From IMG/VR virus record IMGVR_UViG_3300023055_000005: a stretch of 64,000 nt of DNA. The stretch is one strand, 5' to 3'. Every line of letters begins with the position of its first letter. The first letter of the stretch is position 1. Source of the stretch: a virus. Lineage: Duplodnaviria; Caudoviricetes. A model generated the notes under the pieces. It made no database searches. It was not told the origin of the DNA and worked only from the letters and a program-made list of their open reading frames with translations. This document shows, one piece after another, positions 53,099 through 63,391 of the stretch. The translations under genes were made by a program, and so were the position numbers.

Positions 53099-54844
53099 TT
53101 ACGCGTGCTCTGCCTGACGCGCACGTTCACCGATGCGGTGGATGTTGTCCAACACGTCCGGGTTCTGAACCAGTCCGCGGTCACGACGGAAGTTCTGCAG
53201 GAGCGTATCCATGCTCGGGGCGTTGTACAGGGTACGCACGATCTCCACGGCATTGGTAGTGCCGCCGGTGATGTTGATGCCCTGTGCACGCTGCACCTCT
53301 TCGGGAATGTCGCGCATCATGCACAGCTCGCGCAACGTGGTTTCCTTGGAGATGTTCATCACCACTTCCAACGTCGGGTAAGTACCAACGGCGTCGCAGT
53401 CTGCCACGTGAGTGAAGATTGCGGTGGGATGGTTCGGCAGCTCTTCGATCAGACAGACACCATCGTCGACCAGGTACGAAGGCAGCGTCACGATCCAGTC
53501 GTTCATACCGAGCACGAACTTGTCGTTCTCATCCACCATGTCACGACCGGTGGAACCCATGATCTTGCCTTCGTTCTGCACGAAGAAATGCAAGTCATCG
53601 CAGGTGCGCTTGGGCTGAGACGGGAACTTGCTGTACTCGGAGTGTTCGACCAGAACCGAGATCACGCGCTTCAGATCGTTGGTCTCATCATCGAGCATCT
53701 CCATACCAACGCAGTCGAACACGTTGTAGATGCAGTACTCGATCGGGTACTTGCTCTGCATGAACTTGTGCCAGTCCAGACCCTTCAAATGGTCAGCGAC
53801 GTCGAAGTTCAGCTTGCGCACACCCAGGTTCTTGTTGAGGATGTGATCCAGTCGGTAACTGGTTTCATTACCCTTGGTGACACGCAGCTTCTTGTAGACG
53901 CACATGGCGTCAAGGAAGACGAAGGCGGACGGACATTCCATCGTGTGCCAACGATCGGCAGGGTGGATGGGTTTCAGTGCGCCAGTTGCGGTCTGCTGCT
54001 TCGAACGTCCTTCCTTGTATCGGACAAAGCGGAATGCCGGCGGAACACTCGGATCGGAGAACACGTCAGCGGAGTTGATGCGTTCACGTTCCAGTGCAGC
54101 CAGGATCTTGGGTAAGTCGAAGTTGATGTTCCAGATCGCGATGATGTCAGGCGAGATCTCGTGAGCACGTTCGAAGATCTTCCTGATCAGCTCACCCGGC
54201 GTCTTACCAAAGTGAACCTGCAAGTTGATCCCTCGTGCCTTCTTGACTTCGCCGAGGTAGGTTTCCATCGCATTGTGCAGAGCCTTCTCAGGCTCAGGGA
54301 TGTGCTTGACGAACGAGTCCTTGACGCAGAGGATGACATCCTGCTTGCAGGCCAAGGTGATCGAGACGATCTCCTCAGTACCATGAACAACGTCCGTTTC
54401 AATGTCGAGCGTGGCCACCAAGTTATCGCTGATGTGCTGCGGGAACTTGTGACGGTAACTGTGCTTCAGCAGAACCGGGGTGGTGATGTCCGAACCGTAG
54501 AGGTACGGAGACATGCCTGCCATCGGCATGCCGCCCTGGATCATGCCGCGGCCGAGCGCCTTGGATACACTGGCCAACAGCTTGTGCTGAGGCGTGGTGT
54601 ACTTCTGCAGCTTGTCAACGTCCTCCCACTCCTTCTTATCGGTGTGGTTGCGGAAGTTCGGCTTGGTGACGTAGAAGTCACGGGGGTAATCCTTGAAGCG
54701 ACGGATGCGGGGGACACAGCGACCATCCTTCAGATAGACCTTCTCCTTCACGACCAAAAGGTCGAAAGGTGCGTCTTTCGGATGGCAGTAAACGGCGTGT
54801 TTACACTCCAATCCGACAATGTCTTCCTGTTTAATTTGGGTCAT
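53099..54844 (-). CDS. Family B DNA polymerase, 3'-5' exonuclease-containing subunit (gp82-like)
   Basis: ExoI LDIETD, ExoII WNINFD, ExoIII YNVFD and motif A HVADCDAVGTYP. Confidence 0.88.
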   Translation of the reverse strand: MTQIKQEDIVGLECKHAVYCHPKDAPFDLLVVKEKVYLKDGRCVPRIRRFKDYPRDFYVTKPNFRNHTDKKEWEDVDKLQKYTTPQHKLLASVSKALGRGMIQGGMPMAGMSPYLYGSDITTPVLLKHSYRHKFPQHISDNLVATLDIETDVVHGTEEIVSITLACKQDVILCVKDSFVKHIPEPEKALHNAMETYLGEVKKARGINLQVHFGKTPGELIRKIFERAHEISPDIIAIWNINFDLPKILAALERERINSADVFSDPSVPPAFRFVRYKEGRSKQQTATGALKPIHPADRWHTMECPSAFVFLDAMCVYKKLRVTKGNETSYRLDHILNKNLGVRKLNFDVADHLKGLDWHKFMQSKYPIEYCIYNVFDCVGMEMLDDETNDLKRVISVLVEHSEYSKFPSQPKRTCDDLHFFVQNEGKIMGSTGRDMVDENDKFVLGMNDWIVTLPSYLVDDGVCLIEELPNHPTAIFTHVADCDAVGTYPTLEVVMNISKETTLRELCMMRDIPEEVQRAQGINITGGTTNAVEIVRTLYNAPSMDTLLQNFRRDRGLVQNPDVLDNIHRIGERARQAEHA

Positions 54845-54929
54845 TAAGAGCTCCGCTGAGTACCGCTATTCCTGAGACTATACTATCACTATGAGCAGTA
54901 AATAATCACAGAGATCCAAAGGAACCCCT

Positions 54930-56237
54930 ATGGCCGCCCTCGGCGACTGGTTGCTCAGTCAAGAAGCAATCGATTTCCAGAACAACCCGCGAGCACTCGA
55001 AGCGCTGGCTGAAGCCTTCACCAAAGCGATGGAAGTGCCGGTGCGTGACGGCCGTCAGCTCGATGAAGCTGGACTGGCCAAACTCGTCTTTGACCTGACG
55101 GGAATGAAGGTCCGCTTCTTCGTCTTTGAGAGCCAGAGCATCGACGCTTTCGTTCTCATCCCGGCAATGCGCAACGGCCACTCCTGGTTCCCTTCCCCCA
55201 CCCCGCAGAAGTGGGCTTCATGGGAAGCGCTGAAGAAACTGGAAGAAGTCGGCAACATGATCGAAGGCGAGGTCAATCTCAAAACGGGCCGCGTCTCCGG
55301 CGTGTTCTCCGAGATCGACATCGACGTCTTCTTCGCCACCGGCTGGTTCAAGCTCAACCTCACTCCGATGGAGCGCGTGGCCATCCTCCTGCATGAGCTG
55401 GGTCACCCGTTCACGTACTTGGAGTATCTGAACGAGACCACGCGTACCAACTACGCAATGGCCGCCATCAAGGAAGGGTTCGCCCAGTCCGAAGATCGCA
55501 CCAACCGCTACAAGTTGGTCGCCCAGCTGGAGAAGACCCTCAACGTCACGCTGGCAGATCACAACGGCCTGGTCACCGCTACCGATCCGGGTGTGGTCGA
55601 AGTCATCGTAGTTACCTCCGTGGTTGACCGGGTTCGCTCTGAAATGGGCAACAGCACCTACGACAACTTCGCCATGGAGTCGCTGGCTGATCAGTACGCC
55701 TCCCGCATGGGTGCTGGCGCTGAGCTGGCATCGGCACTGGTCAAGATCAGCAAGGCAGGCTTCGCTCGTTCGACCGCCTCGTCCGCTCTGCTGTTTGGCT
55801 ATGAGTACTTCGCCACGATGTATCAGGTTCTGCCGCGCATGTTGGTTACCATGCTCGCATTCAGCCTCAGCGGCCCTCTGGCAGTAGCCACGGCATTGGG
55901 GTCACTGCTCTACGGCAAGAACGACCTCGGCAAGTACGAAGACCTCCCAGCTCGTCTGGCGGCAATCGAGCGGGACATGATCGGTCGTCTGCGGAAGGGG
56001 AACCTGCCCAAATCCAAGGTCGAGCAGTTGGTTCGCGATCTGCGTGCAACCCGCCAGATCATCGACTCCACCAAGACCGAAGAAACGGTGGTCTCTCGCA
56101 TCGTGACGTTCTTCTCTCTGCGTGCACGTAGTCAGCGCAATGCCGTCTCTGCCCAGCGTGAGCTGGAGAAGCTGGGTCGCTCGCGTCTGTTCGTCACCGC
56201 AGCCGAAATCAATCTCAATCTGAAGGTGAACAACTGA
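54930..56237 (+). CDS. Virion/head protein with M48-like zinc metallopeptidase domain
   Basis: ILLHELGH and ESLADQYASRMG.G.ELASAL.K, with a hydrophobic segment after the catalytic domain. Confidence 0.72.
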   Translation: MAALGDWLLSQEAIDFQNNPRALEALAEAFTKAMEVPVRDGRQLDEAGLAKLVFDLTGMKVRFFVFESQSIDAFVLIPAMRNGHSWFPSPTPQKWASWEALKKLEEVGNMIEGEVNLKTGRVSGVFSEIDIDVFFATGWFKLNLTPMERVAILLHELGHPFTYLEYLNETTRTNYAMAAIKEGFAQSEDRTNRYKLVAQLEKTLNVTLADHNGLVTATDPGVVEVIVVTSVVDRVRSEMGNSTYDNFAMESLADQYASRMGAGAELASALVKISKAGFARSTASSALLFGYEYFATMYQVLPRMLVTMLAFSLSGPLAVATALGSLLYGKNDLGKYEDLPARLAAIERDMIGRLRKGNLPKSKVEQLVRDLRATRQIIDSTKTEETVVSRIVTFFSLRARSQRNAVSAQRELEKLGRSRLFVTAAEINLNLKVNN

Positions 56238-56695
56238 TGGACGGCATTCCTGATTCTGTGACCATGGCGCTGGACTGCGACGGCCTCATGGGCAAGGAGC
56301 GTCTGGAGGTGGTCACCAGTGCACTGGCGCTTGCAATGGCCTACGCACTTCCCCTGCCCTCTGGCGCAGTGGAGAACGTGGAGCTCTACTTCTCGCAGAA
56401 CTTCCGCGAAGAAACCAACCGCATCATCTCCAAGGTCAACGAACGTGAGCCGCTGAACATCCCGGCCATCCAGTCGTTGACGGCGAGTCTGTGGAAGACC
56501 CGCTACCGCATGGTGTTCGAACCCAGCCACCCCTCGGCGATCATCGCCCTGGAACAAGCGCTGGCCTCCGGCACCCTCGGCGAGATCAACTTCGATCTCG
56601 TCTCCTCCCTCCGTGACGAAAAGCGCCAGCGTCAGATTCGCTTCCTGACCCGGCGCTTTGAAGAGCACACCACCAAACAAGGCGAGAAGTTCTGA
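56237..56695 (+). CDS. Hypothetical protein (virion gene block)
   Basis: TGATG coupling on both ends. Confidence 0.72.
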   Translation: MDGIPDSVTMALDCDGLMGKERLEVVTSALALAMAYALPLPSGAVENVELYFSQNFREETNRIISKVNEREPLNIPAIQSLTASLWKTRYRMVFEPSHPSAIIALEQALASGTLGEINFDLVSSLRDEKRQRQIRFLTRRFEEHTTKQGEKF

Positions 56696-57945
56696 TGGAC
56701 GTTACCGATCTCGATGAAACCACCCTGCTTCCGGAAGACTTCGGTAGCGAAGAGCTGTCCAAGATGGAAGACGTGGAGACCTCCATGGAGGCGCTGCTCG
56801 GACACATCGAACGTATCGCTGAAGTCGGCGGTATCTCGATGGAGCAGGCCGAACAGCTGGTGGTCGAACACGCCATCGAACTTGGCCGCATCCCGGTCAA
56901 GAGCTTCACCAAGGAACCTTCCACCACCAACCTGAAGGTGGCGCAGGAAGCAATCACCGTGGGTCAGGCTGTCCTGATCGGCGCTCTGGTCGGCGTGGCA
57001 GCAGCCCTGCTCATCAAGCTGACGGTGTGGATGGTGGAGTACTTCCGCAGCAACCGCACCAAGGAAGCCAAGACCTCCGTGGTGGTCAACAACGTCATGG
57101 CGCTGAACGAAGCCATGGACGAAGTCGAGCCGCTGTTCCAGGGCACCGCATTGCAGGAGATCCGCAAGCGCCTGGGCAACGACCGTGAAATGGTGTCGCA
57201 GCTGCGCGCCATCCATGAAGACCTGCTGACCAGCGGTCCGTTCTCCACGTTCCTGGGCACCTGCTGGGAGAAGCTGGATCAGTGGGAGGAGAAGCTCAGC
57301 GAGAAGATCTCCAACTACATCCGTCTCTCCGGCCAGACCGTGCGCGAAGGCGACCAGCGCTCCAACGACGTGCTGGTGGAAATGCTCGATGAGATCGCAC
57401 GTCCCATTCCGATGTTCTCCTTCCCCAGCGAAGTGACCGCCGGTGTGTTCGTGTCCGAATCCATCCACTCGGACATCCTGCCGGTGGCCAACGCCATCTA
57501 CCAGTCGGTGACCAAGCTGGATCAGCAGCCGGTGGCAGTGGACGATATCGACCGCCTGGTCAAGCGTGTGGTCGATGGTGCCTTCGTGACCCGTTCGGTC
57601 TACGGTCCGATGGAAAGCTCCCTGCGTGGCGCCGTTCGTCTGAACGCAGCCGCCCGGAAGCTCAAGTCCGTGGAGAAGACCACCTCCAACGATCCGCGCG
57701 TGGCCTCCACCTACAGCAAGGCGCTGAAGAACATCACCGAAGAGACCCGTGCTCTGGTGGTCATGTGGAACTCAGTGGAAGTGATGGCAGCGGCCCGTCG
57801 TCGCCTGCTCACGCTTTCGCTGAACCGCATGCTGGCCTTCTTCTCCGAGTTGAACAAGGTGGCCATGGCATCCGAAGACGCTGAACTGCGTGGTCGTATC
57901 GCCAAGATCACCGCCGAACTGAAGCGCCGCATGCGTCGTTTCTGA
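56695..57945 (+). CDS. Probable head (ejection) protein
   Basis: Acidic propeptide with TSME, ISME and VAQE (S/A/G-x-E prohead protease sites), followed by a hydrophobic helix. Confidence 0.68.
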   Translation: MDVTDLDETTLLPEDFGSEELSKMEDVETSMEALLGHIERIAEVGGISMEQAEQLVVEHAIELGRIPVKSFTKEPSTTNLKVAQEAITVGQAVLIGALVGVAAALLIKLTVWMVEYFRSNRTKEAKTSVVVNNVMALNEAMDEVEPLFQGTALQEIRKRLGNDREMVSQLRAIHEDLLTSGPFSTFLGTCWEKLDQWEEKLSEKISNYIRLSGQTVREGDQRSNDVLVEMLDEIARPIPMFSFPSEVTAGVFVSESIHSDILPVANAIYQSVTKLDQQPVAVDDIDRLVKRVVDGAFVTRSVYGPMESSLRGAVRLNAAARKLKSVEKTTSNDPRVASTYSKALKNITEETRALVVMWNSVEVMAAARRRLLTLSLNRMLAFFSELNKVAMASEDAELRGRIAKITAELKRRMRRF

Positions 57946-57949
57946 ACAA

Positions 57950-57986
57950 CATAGAGGGAGGGGCGAAAGCCCCTCCCCTTATGCCT
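57950..57986. terminator. Bidirectional terminator
   Basis: CATAGAGGGAGGGGC-gaaa-GCCCCTCCCCTTATGCC between convergent genes. Confidence 0.8.
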
Positions 57987-57987
57987 T

Positions 57988-60897
57988 TTACTTGGCTTTG
58001 GCGTGACGCAGCGGATCGATCTGCACGTCGTCTTCAACCGCCAGGGTGTCATCGCTCTTGGCGACAAGACGCTTGCGGACGGAGCAACGCAGAGTATCAT
58101 CCAGTGTCGTGATGACGGGGAAGTTGTTGGCTCCACCCAGACCAGACACACTGAATGCGATCGCTTCATTGCCGATCTCTTCGCGCAGCTTATCGGTGAT
58201 GTCATCGATGCTCACCACCGACTGGATCAGACGATCAGCGATGACCAGCTTGATCGAACGAGTCAGCGACTCACGCAGACGTGCATCAGCGTATTCCGCA
58301 CGGCCCAGGTACAGACCCACACGCAGACCCTGTTCAGCCGGGATGGTGGAGATCAGACCTTCTTCAACCATGACCTGCACGTTGCCCAGCGTGGTCTGCG
58401 GAGCGAAGTACAGTTCGGTGCCTTCCAGCAACTTGGCCCGGATTGCAGCGATGTCAGTGCTGAGCCAACGCACCACCGTACGCGCCGTGGTGTCACGGTA
58501 GTCGATGGAGGTCGGGTTGGTGGAGAACCAGTACTTGCCGTCCAGGAAGAACAGGTCGATCTGACGCTGCATCTTCCGGGTGGACTCCACGATCGGATTG
58601 CCTTCGGCATCACGCATGACGTCACCCTTCGGGAAACGAATCATCGGTTTGCCTTCGTCGTCCAGACGGACCTCGCCCTTGGCATGGAGCATCCGGTACT
58701 TGATCTCGCCATCGACGATATCGTACAGGATCGTGCCAGTCTTGGGATCGCGTTCGAACTCGGGTTCCTCGTAGACCCACGGCACGTCAGCGGCGTACTT
58801 CTTGAAGTCCTCATCGGACACCACCGAACGAGACGCCGTCCACAGTCCGTCCAACGAACTGCCCAGGTTGCTATTGAACTTCTCATGGGTCAAGGCGATG
58901 GCGTCTTCCGGCAGCATCTCCTTGGCAATGATCAGGTCGATATCGGTGGTCAGCGTATCGGCTGGGCGGTAGTCGCTCAGCACGTAGACCAGATCGAAGC
59001 TCTCGGTCAGCGATGCCGGCACCGGACGGGTGCTTCCACCAAACATCTGGAAGTTGGTCAGGTACAGGTCGTGGTTGGAGTTGATGTCCAGGTTGGACTC
59101 CAGCTCGAACACGAAGGCGCGCTCACCGGTTTCCATCTTGACTTCCAGCACGCCATTGAGGTAAGCACGACCGCTCTCACCAGTGGGCTGGAAGCTCAGC
59201 TGAGCATGGACGCTCGAATCGGGCAGCGCCAGTGCTTCTTCGCTCGATGCGGTAACGACGGTGATGCGATAACCCTTGTCGGTACGCTCGATGTCGAAGC
59301 TGTCCGTGGAGATGGTCATCCCCAGCGTGTCGTTCTCGGCGATGAAGTTGCGGCTGTCGATGGACGGATCGTCCAGGTAATAGCCACGGGCCTCGAAGAC
59401 ATTGCCGGTGATATCCAGCACGTAGTGGTACGGGCTGTACAGATAGCGCTCTGCATTGATCAGGCGCGCCTGCGTCTCCAGGATCGTGCTGCGGATCATG
59501 TCCAGCTCGTCTTGCTCCACGATCTTCGTCAGACCGTTGTCGAGCTTGTACAGGATCTCCGGCGTCAGCGTGACGCGCTCACCGTTGTCCCTGACACCCT
59601 TGTAGCCCTTCAGGCCGTCCAGGGACTGCTGGAAGGTCATGATGCCAGCGCCGATGGGGCTGAGCACCGAACCATCTTCAGGCAGCGGCAACGGACGGGA
59701 GGTCTTGTAGATGCGGCGGGTCAGGTTGTCCACGGTCTTGACCGAGGAGTAGCCTTCGTTGGTCAGCGTGGAGATGATCTGCCACGGGGTGATCGGCTGG
59801 TTGGATGCGCCGTGGGCATTCATCATGACCTGCTCGCGCAGTTCTTCGAAGCCCTTGGCACCGCTACCACCAGTCACGACTTCATCGGAGAAGATGAGCA
59901 TCGTGCTGAGGTTCTCCAGCGCAGCCCAGTACAACCCGTTGTCGTCGTTGTCGAAGTCCTGCCAACGGTAGCCGAACGCGTCGGACTCGTAGTTGGACAG
60001 GATCATGGACAGGTCACCCTCGGTGGAGTACACGTCCAGACGCAGCTGACGCTTGATCGTACCTGCCGTGGCGTACACTTCCGGGACCGAGTACAGCACG
60101 CGGTCGGAGAACACCTGCAGCGCAACCGTGGGTTGTGCCGGATCGAAGACCTGCTTGGTCTCGGTGGTGAGGATCTCTTCCCACGGGCCATCGCCGGAAC
60201 GGTGGTAGGCACGGGTGGCGTAGTAGCTACCAGCAAAGCTGATGGCGCCACTGGTCGGCGAAGCACGGCTGACGGTGAAGTTGCTGGTGCTAACCTTCAT
60301 CTGCATCACCGGGATTTCGATGAACAACATCTCGATCCCACCCTGGGCGGTACTCTTCCAGGTCTTCAGCAGGTTGGTGGACAACGGCATCAGCGGAGAC
60401 GGACGGGAGACGTCGTAGACAACGCGCTCGGTGCCAGCACTGTTGATGCGGATCTCGATCGGGTACTGCATCGAGAAGGTGATGCCTGCGACAGTGAACT
60501 CGGTATTGCGCGGGATCACCATCTTCTGCACGCCATTCACGCCGGTCGGCACAGCACGAGCCAGCACTTCTTCCAGTGCCATCGCCACGGTGATCGTGGT
60601 ACGCGCCGGAGTTGCCCAGCGGCCGATGTAGTCCTTGTCGGACATGTGCAGGTACAGTTCCTCTTCGTCCAGTGCCATGCGGGCGAACTGGCGACGGGTG
60701 TTGGCGGCACTTTCATGCATGGCCGAGGCGGCCAGCGTGGCTGCCATTTCGATCAGCTGCACAGCAGGCTGGCTGGCGTCGACGAAGATGAGATCTCCGT
60801 TGTTGGCCTGCTCCAGCATGTTGATGCCAACTTCGAACATGGCGCCGGGGTTGTAGCGTGCCTTGTCCAACAGCACCATTACTTCGTTCGAGTTCAC
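57988..60897 (-). CDS. Large virion structural protein, baseplate-wedge-like (gp87-like)
   Basis: 969 aa. ASQPAV.L.E, LY.HMSD.DY..R.ATP, FSMQYPIEIR and GG...ESF-type baseplate motif region. GTG start overlaps the upstream stop. Confidence 0.72.
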   Translation of the reverse strand: MNSNEVMVLLDKARYNPGAMFEVGINMLEQANNGDLIFVDASQPAVQLIEMAATLAASAMHESAANTRRQFARMALDEEELYLHMSDKDYIGRWATPARTTITVAMALEEVLARAVPTGVNGVQKMVIPRNTEFTVAGITFSMQYPIEIRINSAGTERVVYDVSRPSPLMPLSTNLLKTWKSTAQGGIEMLFIEIPVMQMKVSTSNFTVSRASPTSGAISFAGSYYATRAYHRSGDGPWEEILTTETKQVFDPAQPTVALQVFSDRVLYSVPEVYATAGTIKRQLRLDVYSTEGDLSMILSNYESDAFGYRWQDFDNDDNGLYWAALENLSTMLIFSDEVVTGGSGAKGFEELREQVMMNAHGASNQPITPWQIISTLTNEGYSSVKTVDNLTRRIYKTSRPLPLPEDGSVLSPIGAGIMTFQQSLDGLKGYKGVRDNGERVTLTPEILYKLDNGLTKIVEQDELDMIRSTILETQARLINAERYLYSPYHYVLDITGNVFEARGYYLDDPSIDSRNFIAENDTLGMTISTDSFDIERTDKGYRITVVTASSEEALALPDSSVHAQLSFQPTGESGRAYLNGVLEVKMETGERAFVFELESNLDINSNHDLYLTNFQMFGGSTRPVPASLTESFDLVYVLSDYRPADTLTTDIDLIIAKEMLPEDAIALTHEKFNSNLGSSLDGLWTASRSVVSDEDFKKYAADVPWVYEEPEFERDPKTGTILYDIVDGEIKYRMLHAKGEVRLDDEGKPMIRFPKGDVMRDAEGNPIVESTRKMQRQIDLFFLDGKYWFSTNPTSIDYRDTTARTVVRWLSTDIAAIRAKLLEGTELYFAPQTTLGNVQVMVEEGLISTIPAEQGLRVGLYLGRAEYADARLRESLTRSIKLVIADRLIQSVVSIDDITDKLREEIGNEAIAFSVSGLGGANNFPVITTLDDTLRCSVRKRLVAKSDDTLAVEDDVQIDPLRHAKAK

Positions 60898-61928
60898 GAC
60901 AGCAGCCTCCTCTTGGCATCTTCGTAATCGACCTTGGTAACCCACCATTCAAGACGGCTGGATCGGGGGTCGATTCGAGGGTAGCCTCGGTAGTTGAAAA
61001 AGGTCAGTTCGGCTTTGGTCAGGCGCTGCATCTTTTCTTCGCGAGTACCATCAAACATGTCGCTATTGAAGAAGCAGACCGTGGAGTTGAACTCCACCAA
61101 CAGGATCGGATCGTAGGGCTCGTAACCAAGGCACTGGAAACGAACACTGATCTCCTTACTGTCCTGACTCATTGCCTGATCGGCATTGAAGTTGAACACC
61201 GCGCCCAACGGATTTGCCGTGGGGAATGCGCCGGCACAGGCCGTGATACGCTGGACGTACTGGCGGGTCGGATCAAGCACGAGGCGATAGATTCGCGTCA
61301 TGTAGTCGATCTCGTTTTCCAGCACCATCAGCGGATACGGCAGCATCGTGCCCTGCGTCACTTCTGCGATGTACTTCATCCACACGTAATACAGCAATGT
61401 TATAGGGTCGCCTGTCACATTGCGGTAAGTTGCGTTAAGCGGGAAGGCTGAGAAGTCACGCGAGATGCCATCGGCCATCGTGTAAACTTCTCGGTGTGCA
61501 CCCGGCTTCGAGGTGAACGTATCGAGCTCTTGATCAGGCCACCCCGTCAAACTGAGGAGGTGGTTGGTCAATGGCGTTATGAACGCTTGCTTCGGATCGA
61601 CCAGCGGAGTGTTTACTGCCTTTCGAGCGCCGGGGTCTTCAGGATAGTGACCCCACGGATCGAGCAAGCAGCGAATAGCCCGCTGGTAGCTGTATTCCTC
61701 CGGTGTCAACAGAGGAGTCAGCTGGCGACACGACGCTACATTGTCGTACGCAAGATTCAACAAAGGCCTGGTGAAAAAGATCAGACCCTGATTGTCGGTA
61801 TTCAGGGGAATCGGATTACCCAAGCCGCGATGGTTGATGCCGAACATCGCATCACTTGATGCCCGGCTGAAGGAACCAAGGCCTGATCCCTGAGCGATCA
61901 GGTTGATATCCTCTTGATATGTACTCAT
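60894..61928 (-). CDS. Virion structural protein (gp88-like)
   Basis: G..FFTRP.LNL.YDN, N.L.SL.GWPD, RN..GDPI, IDY.TRIYRL.LD and FP motifs. Confidence 0.75.
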   Translation of the reverse strand: MSTYQEDINLIAQGSGLGSFSRASSDAMFGINHRGLGNPIPLNTDNQGLIFFTRPLLNLAYDNVASCRQLTPLLTPEEYSYQRAIRCLLDPWGHYPEDPGARKAVNTPLVDPKQAFITPLTNHLLSLTGWPDQELDTFTSKPGAHREVYTMADGISRDFSAFPLNATYRNVTGDPITLLYYVWMKYIAEVTQGTMLPYPLMVLENEIDYMTRIYRLVLDPTRQYVQRITACAGAFPTANPLGAVFNFNADQAMSQDSKEISVRFQCLGYEPYDPILLVEFNSTVCFFNSDMFDGTREEKMQRLTKAELTFFNYRGYPRIDPRSSRLEWWVTKVDYEDAKRRLLS

Positions 61929-61963
61929 TTCTGTTTCAACCTCCGATAAAAGGGCTTTCCAAA

Positions 61964-63373
61964 ATGATTCTCAAATCGGTGCTGGCGAATACCGCGCTGA
62001 AGTTCGTGACCCAGTCGCTGCCATTCTTGATGGCAAAGAACAACAAGTCACTGATCGACGTCTCTGCTCCCACTCGCGTGGAGCCGGTCGTCCTGGTCGA
62101 TTCGCGTCTGCAGTCTCAGCCCTACATGGGCGATGTCATGCAGTCGCTCACCTCGCTCTTCGCAGCGTACTACATGATGGCGGTAAGCCTGCGTGTCAAC
62201 GTCGGACGTGTCGACGTGGTGCGCCTGTTGGAACCCCTGAATCCCAAGCGTGCTGGTCTTGGCACCAGCGCTGACATGCAGCGCGCCTCGGCGTACCTGA
62301 TGTCGTCCATGGAATCCTACCGCTTCGGCCTGCCCTCGCCGAACCTGCCGGTTCCGGGTCTGGAAAGCTACGGCCTGGAAGCCGACGACTACCAGAGCCA
62401 GCGCATGAAGCTGGACGAACGTCGCCTGGCCCTGGACACCCGTCGCTTCAACGCCGAACAGCAGCGTCAGCGTGAACAGCGCGCCGGCGAGCAGGACAAG
62501 GAATTCCAGAACCGTCTGCGTGATCAGAGTCGTGCTGACGCTGAAGCCCGCAAGCAGGAGCTGGAAGAATCCCGCTTCGCCGACCAGCGCACGCGCGCTG
62601 ATCGACGTGAGAAGCAGGACGCGCTTCGCCAGGCGGCGGAGGATGAACGTCGTGCAGCCGAAGAAGAGCAGCGTGATTTCGAACGCTCTCAGCCCGGTGC
62701 GGAATTCTCCAACGTTGATGTGTTGAAGGACACCGCCAACCTGAGCGTCGGCAAGATGCTGGAAGTGTCGGTCACCGACAACGGTCAGACCGCTCGCTTC
62801 CCCATCCAGCTGCGTCTGATCGCCTCGCTGATCGCGCCCCGGAACCTGGTTCATATATTGGGCGACCTGTCCAAGAACATGACCATCAAAGAGCGCTACC
62901 ACATGTGGCGTTCGGGTCAGCTGGAGTTCGTCAAGGACATCGTCTTCTGCACCGACCTGATCGACAACCACCGTCGTACGCTGGCGCAGGATGGCACCCG
63001 GACCTACCGGAACATCCTGAAGACCCGCAACAACAACGGTCTGGCTGCGATCTTCCGTGGTAGCCCGTCGCTGGCCACCGCTTCGAACATGTGCGTGATG
63101 TCCGGCGACACCGTCAAGGAACTGGAGCGTGAGGCACGTGGCCGTCTGAGTGACAGCCGCTTCCGCCAGCGCATCTTCGAAGGTTCCTACCTGATGGTGC
63201 TGGTCGTGGTCGACGAGAAGTGGGAGAGCGTCACCTTCTACCATCGCGGCATCGACCTGCCGACGGAACTGAACCTGCGCGACATCAAGGGCGCTTCCAA
63301 GGGTGGCAGCAGCACTGCTGACATCATGGAAATCTTCAAGGCCCTCAACAGCCAGAACGCCCCCTCCTTCTGA
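61964..63373 (+). CDS. Inner head protein (gp89-like) with coiled-coil insertion
   Basis: SLID....TRVEP...VD, SMES/GLES/GLEA cleavage sites, NL.VGK.LEV, ER.H.WR.G.L.F.KD and ASN..V.S motifs. Confidence 0.78.
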   Translation: MILKSVLANTALKFVTQSLPFLMAKNNKSLIDVSAPTRVEPVVLVDSRLQSQPYMGDVMQSLTSLFAAYYMMAVSLRVNVGRVDVVRLLEPLNPKRAGLGTSADMQRASAYLMSSMESYRFGLPSPNLPVPGLESYGLEADDYQSQRMKLDERRLALDTRRFNAEQQRQREQRAGEQDKEFQNRLRDQSRADAEARKQELEESRFADQRTRADRREKQDALRQAAEDERRAAEEEQRDFERSQPGAEFSNVDVLKDTANLSVGKMLEVSVTDNGQTARFPIQLRLIASLIAPRNLVHILGDLSKNMTIKERYHMWRSGQLEFVKDIVFCTDLIDNHRRTLAQDGTRTYRNILKTRNNNGLAAIFRGSPSLATASNMCVMSGDTVKELEREARGRLSDSRFRQRIFEGSYLMVLVVVDEKWESVTFYHRGIDLPTELNLRDIKGASKGGSSTADIMEIFKALNSQNAPSF

Positions 63374-63391
63374 TCCAAGGAACATCGGAAA

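Noticed and set aside
58003-60927. 974-aa plus-strand ORF and similar long antisense ORFs (e.g. 17104-18885, 36148-38121, 3975-5342, 42740-44440)
   Set aside because: They mirror highly C/G-biased genes on the other strand. Such bias removes antisense stops, and the translations lack SD sites and motifs.
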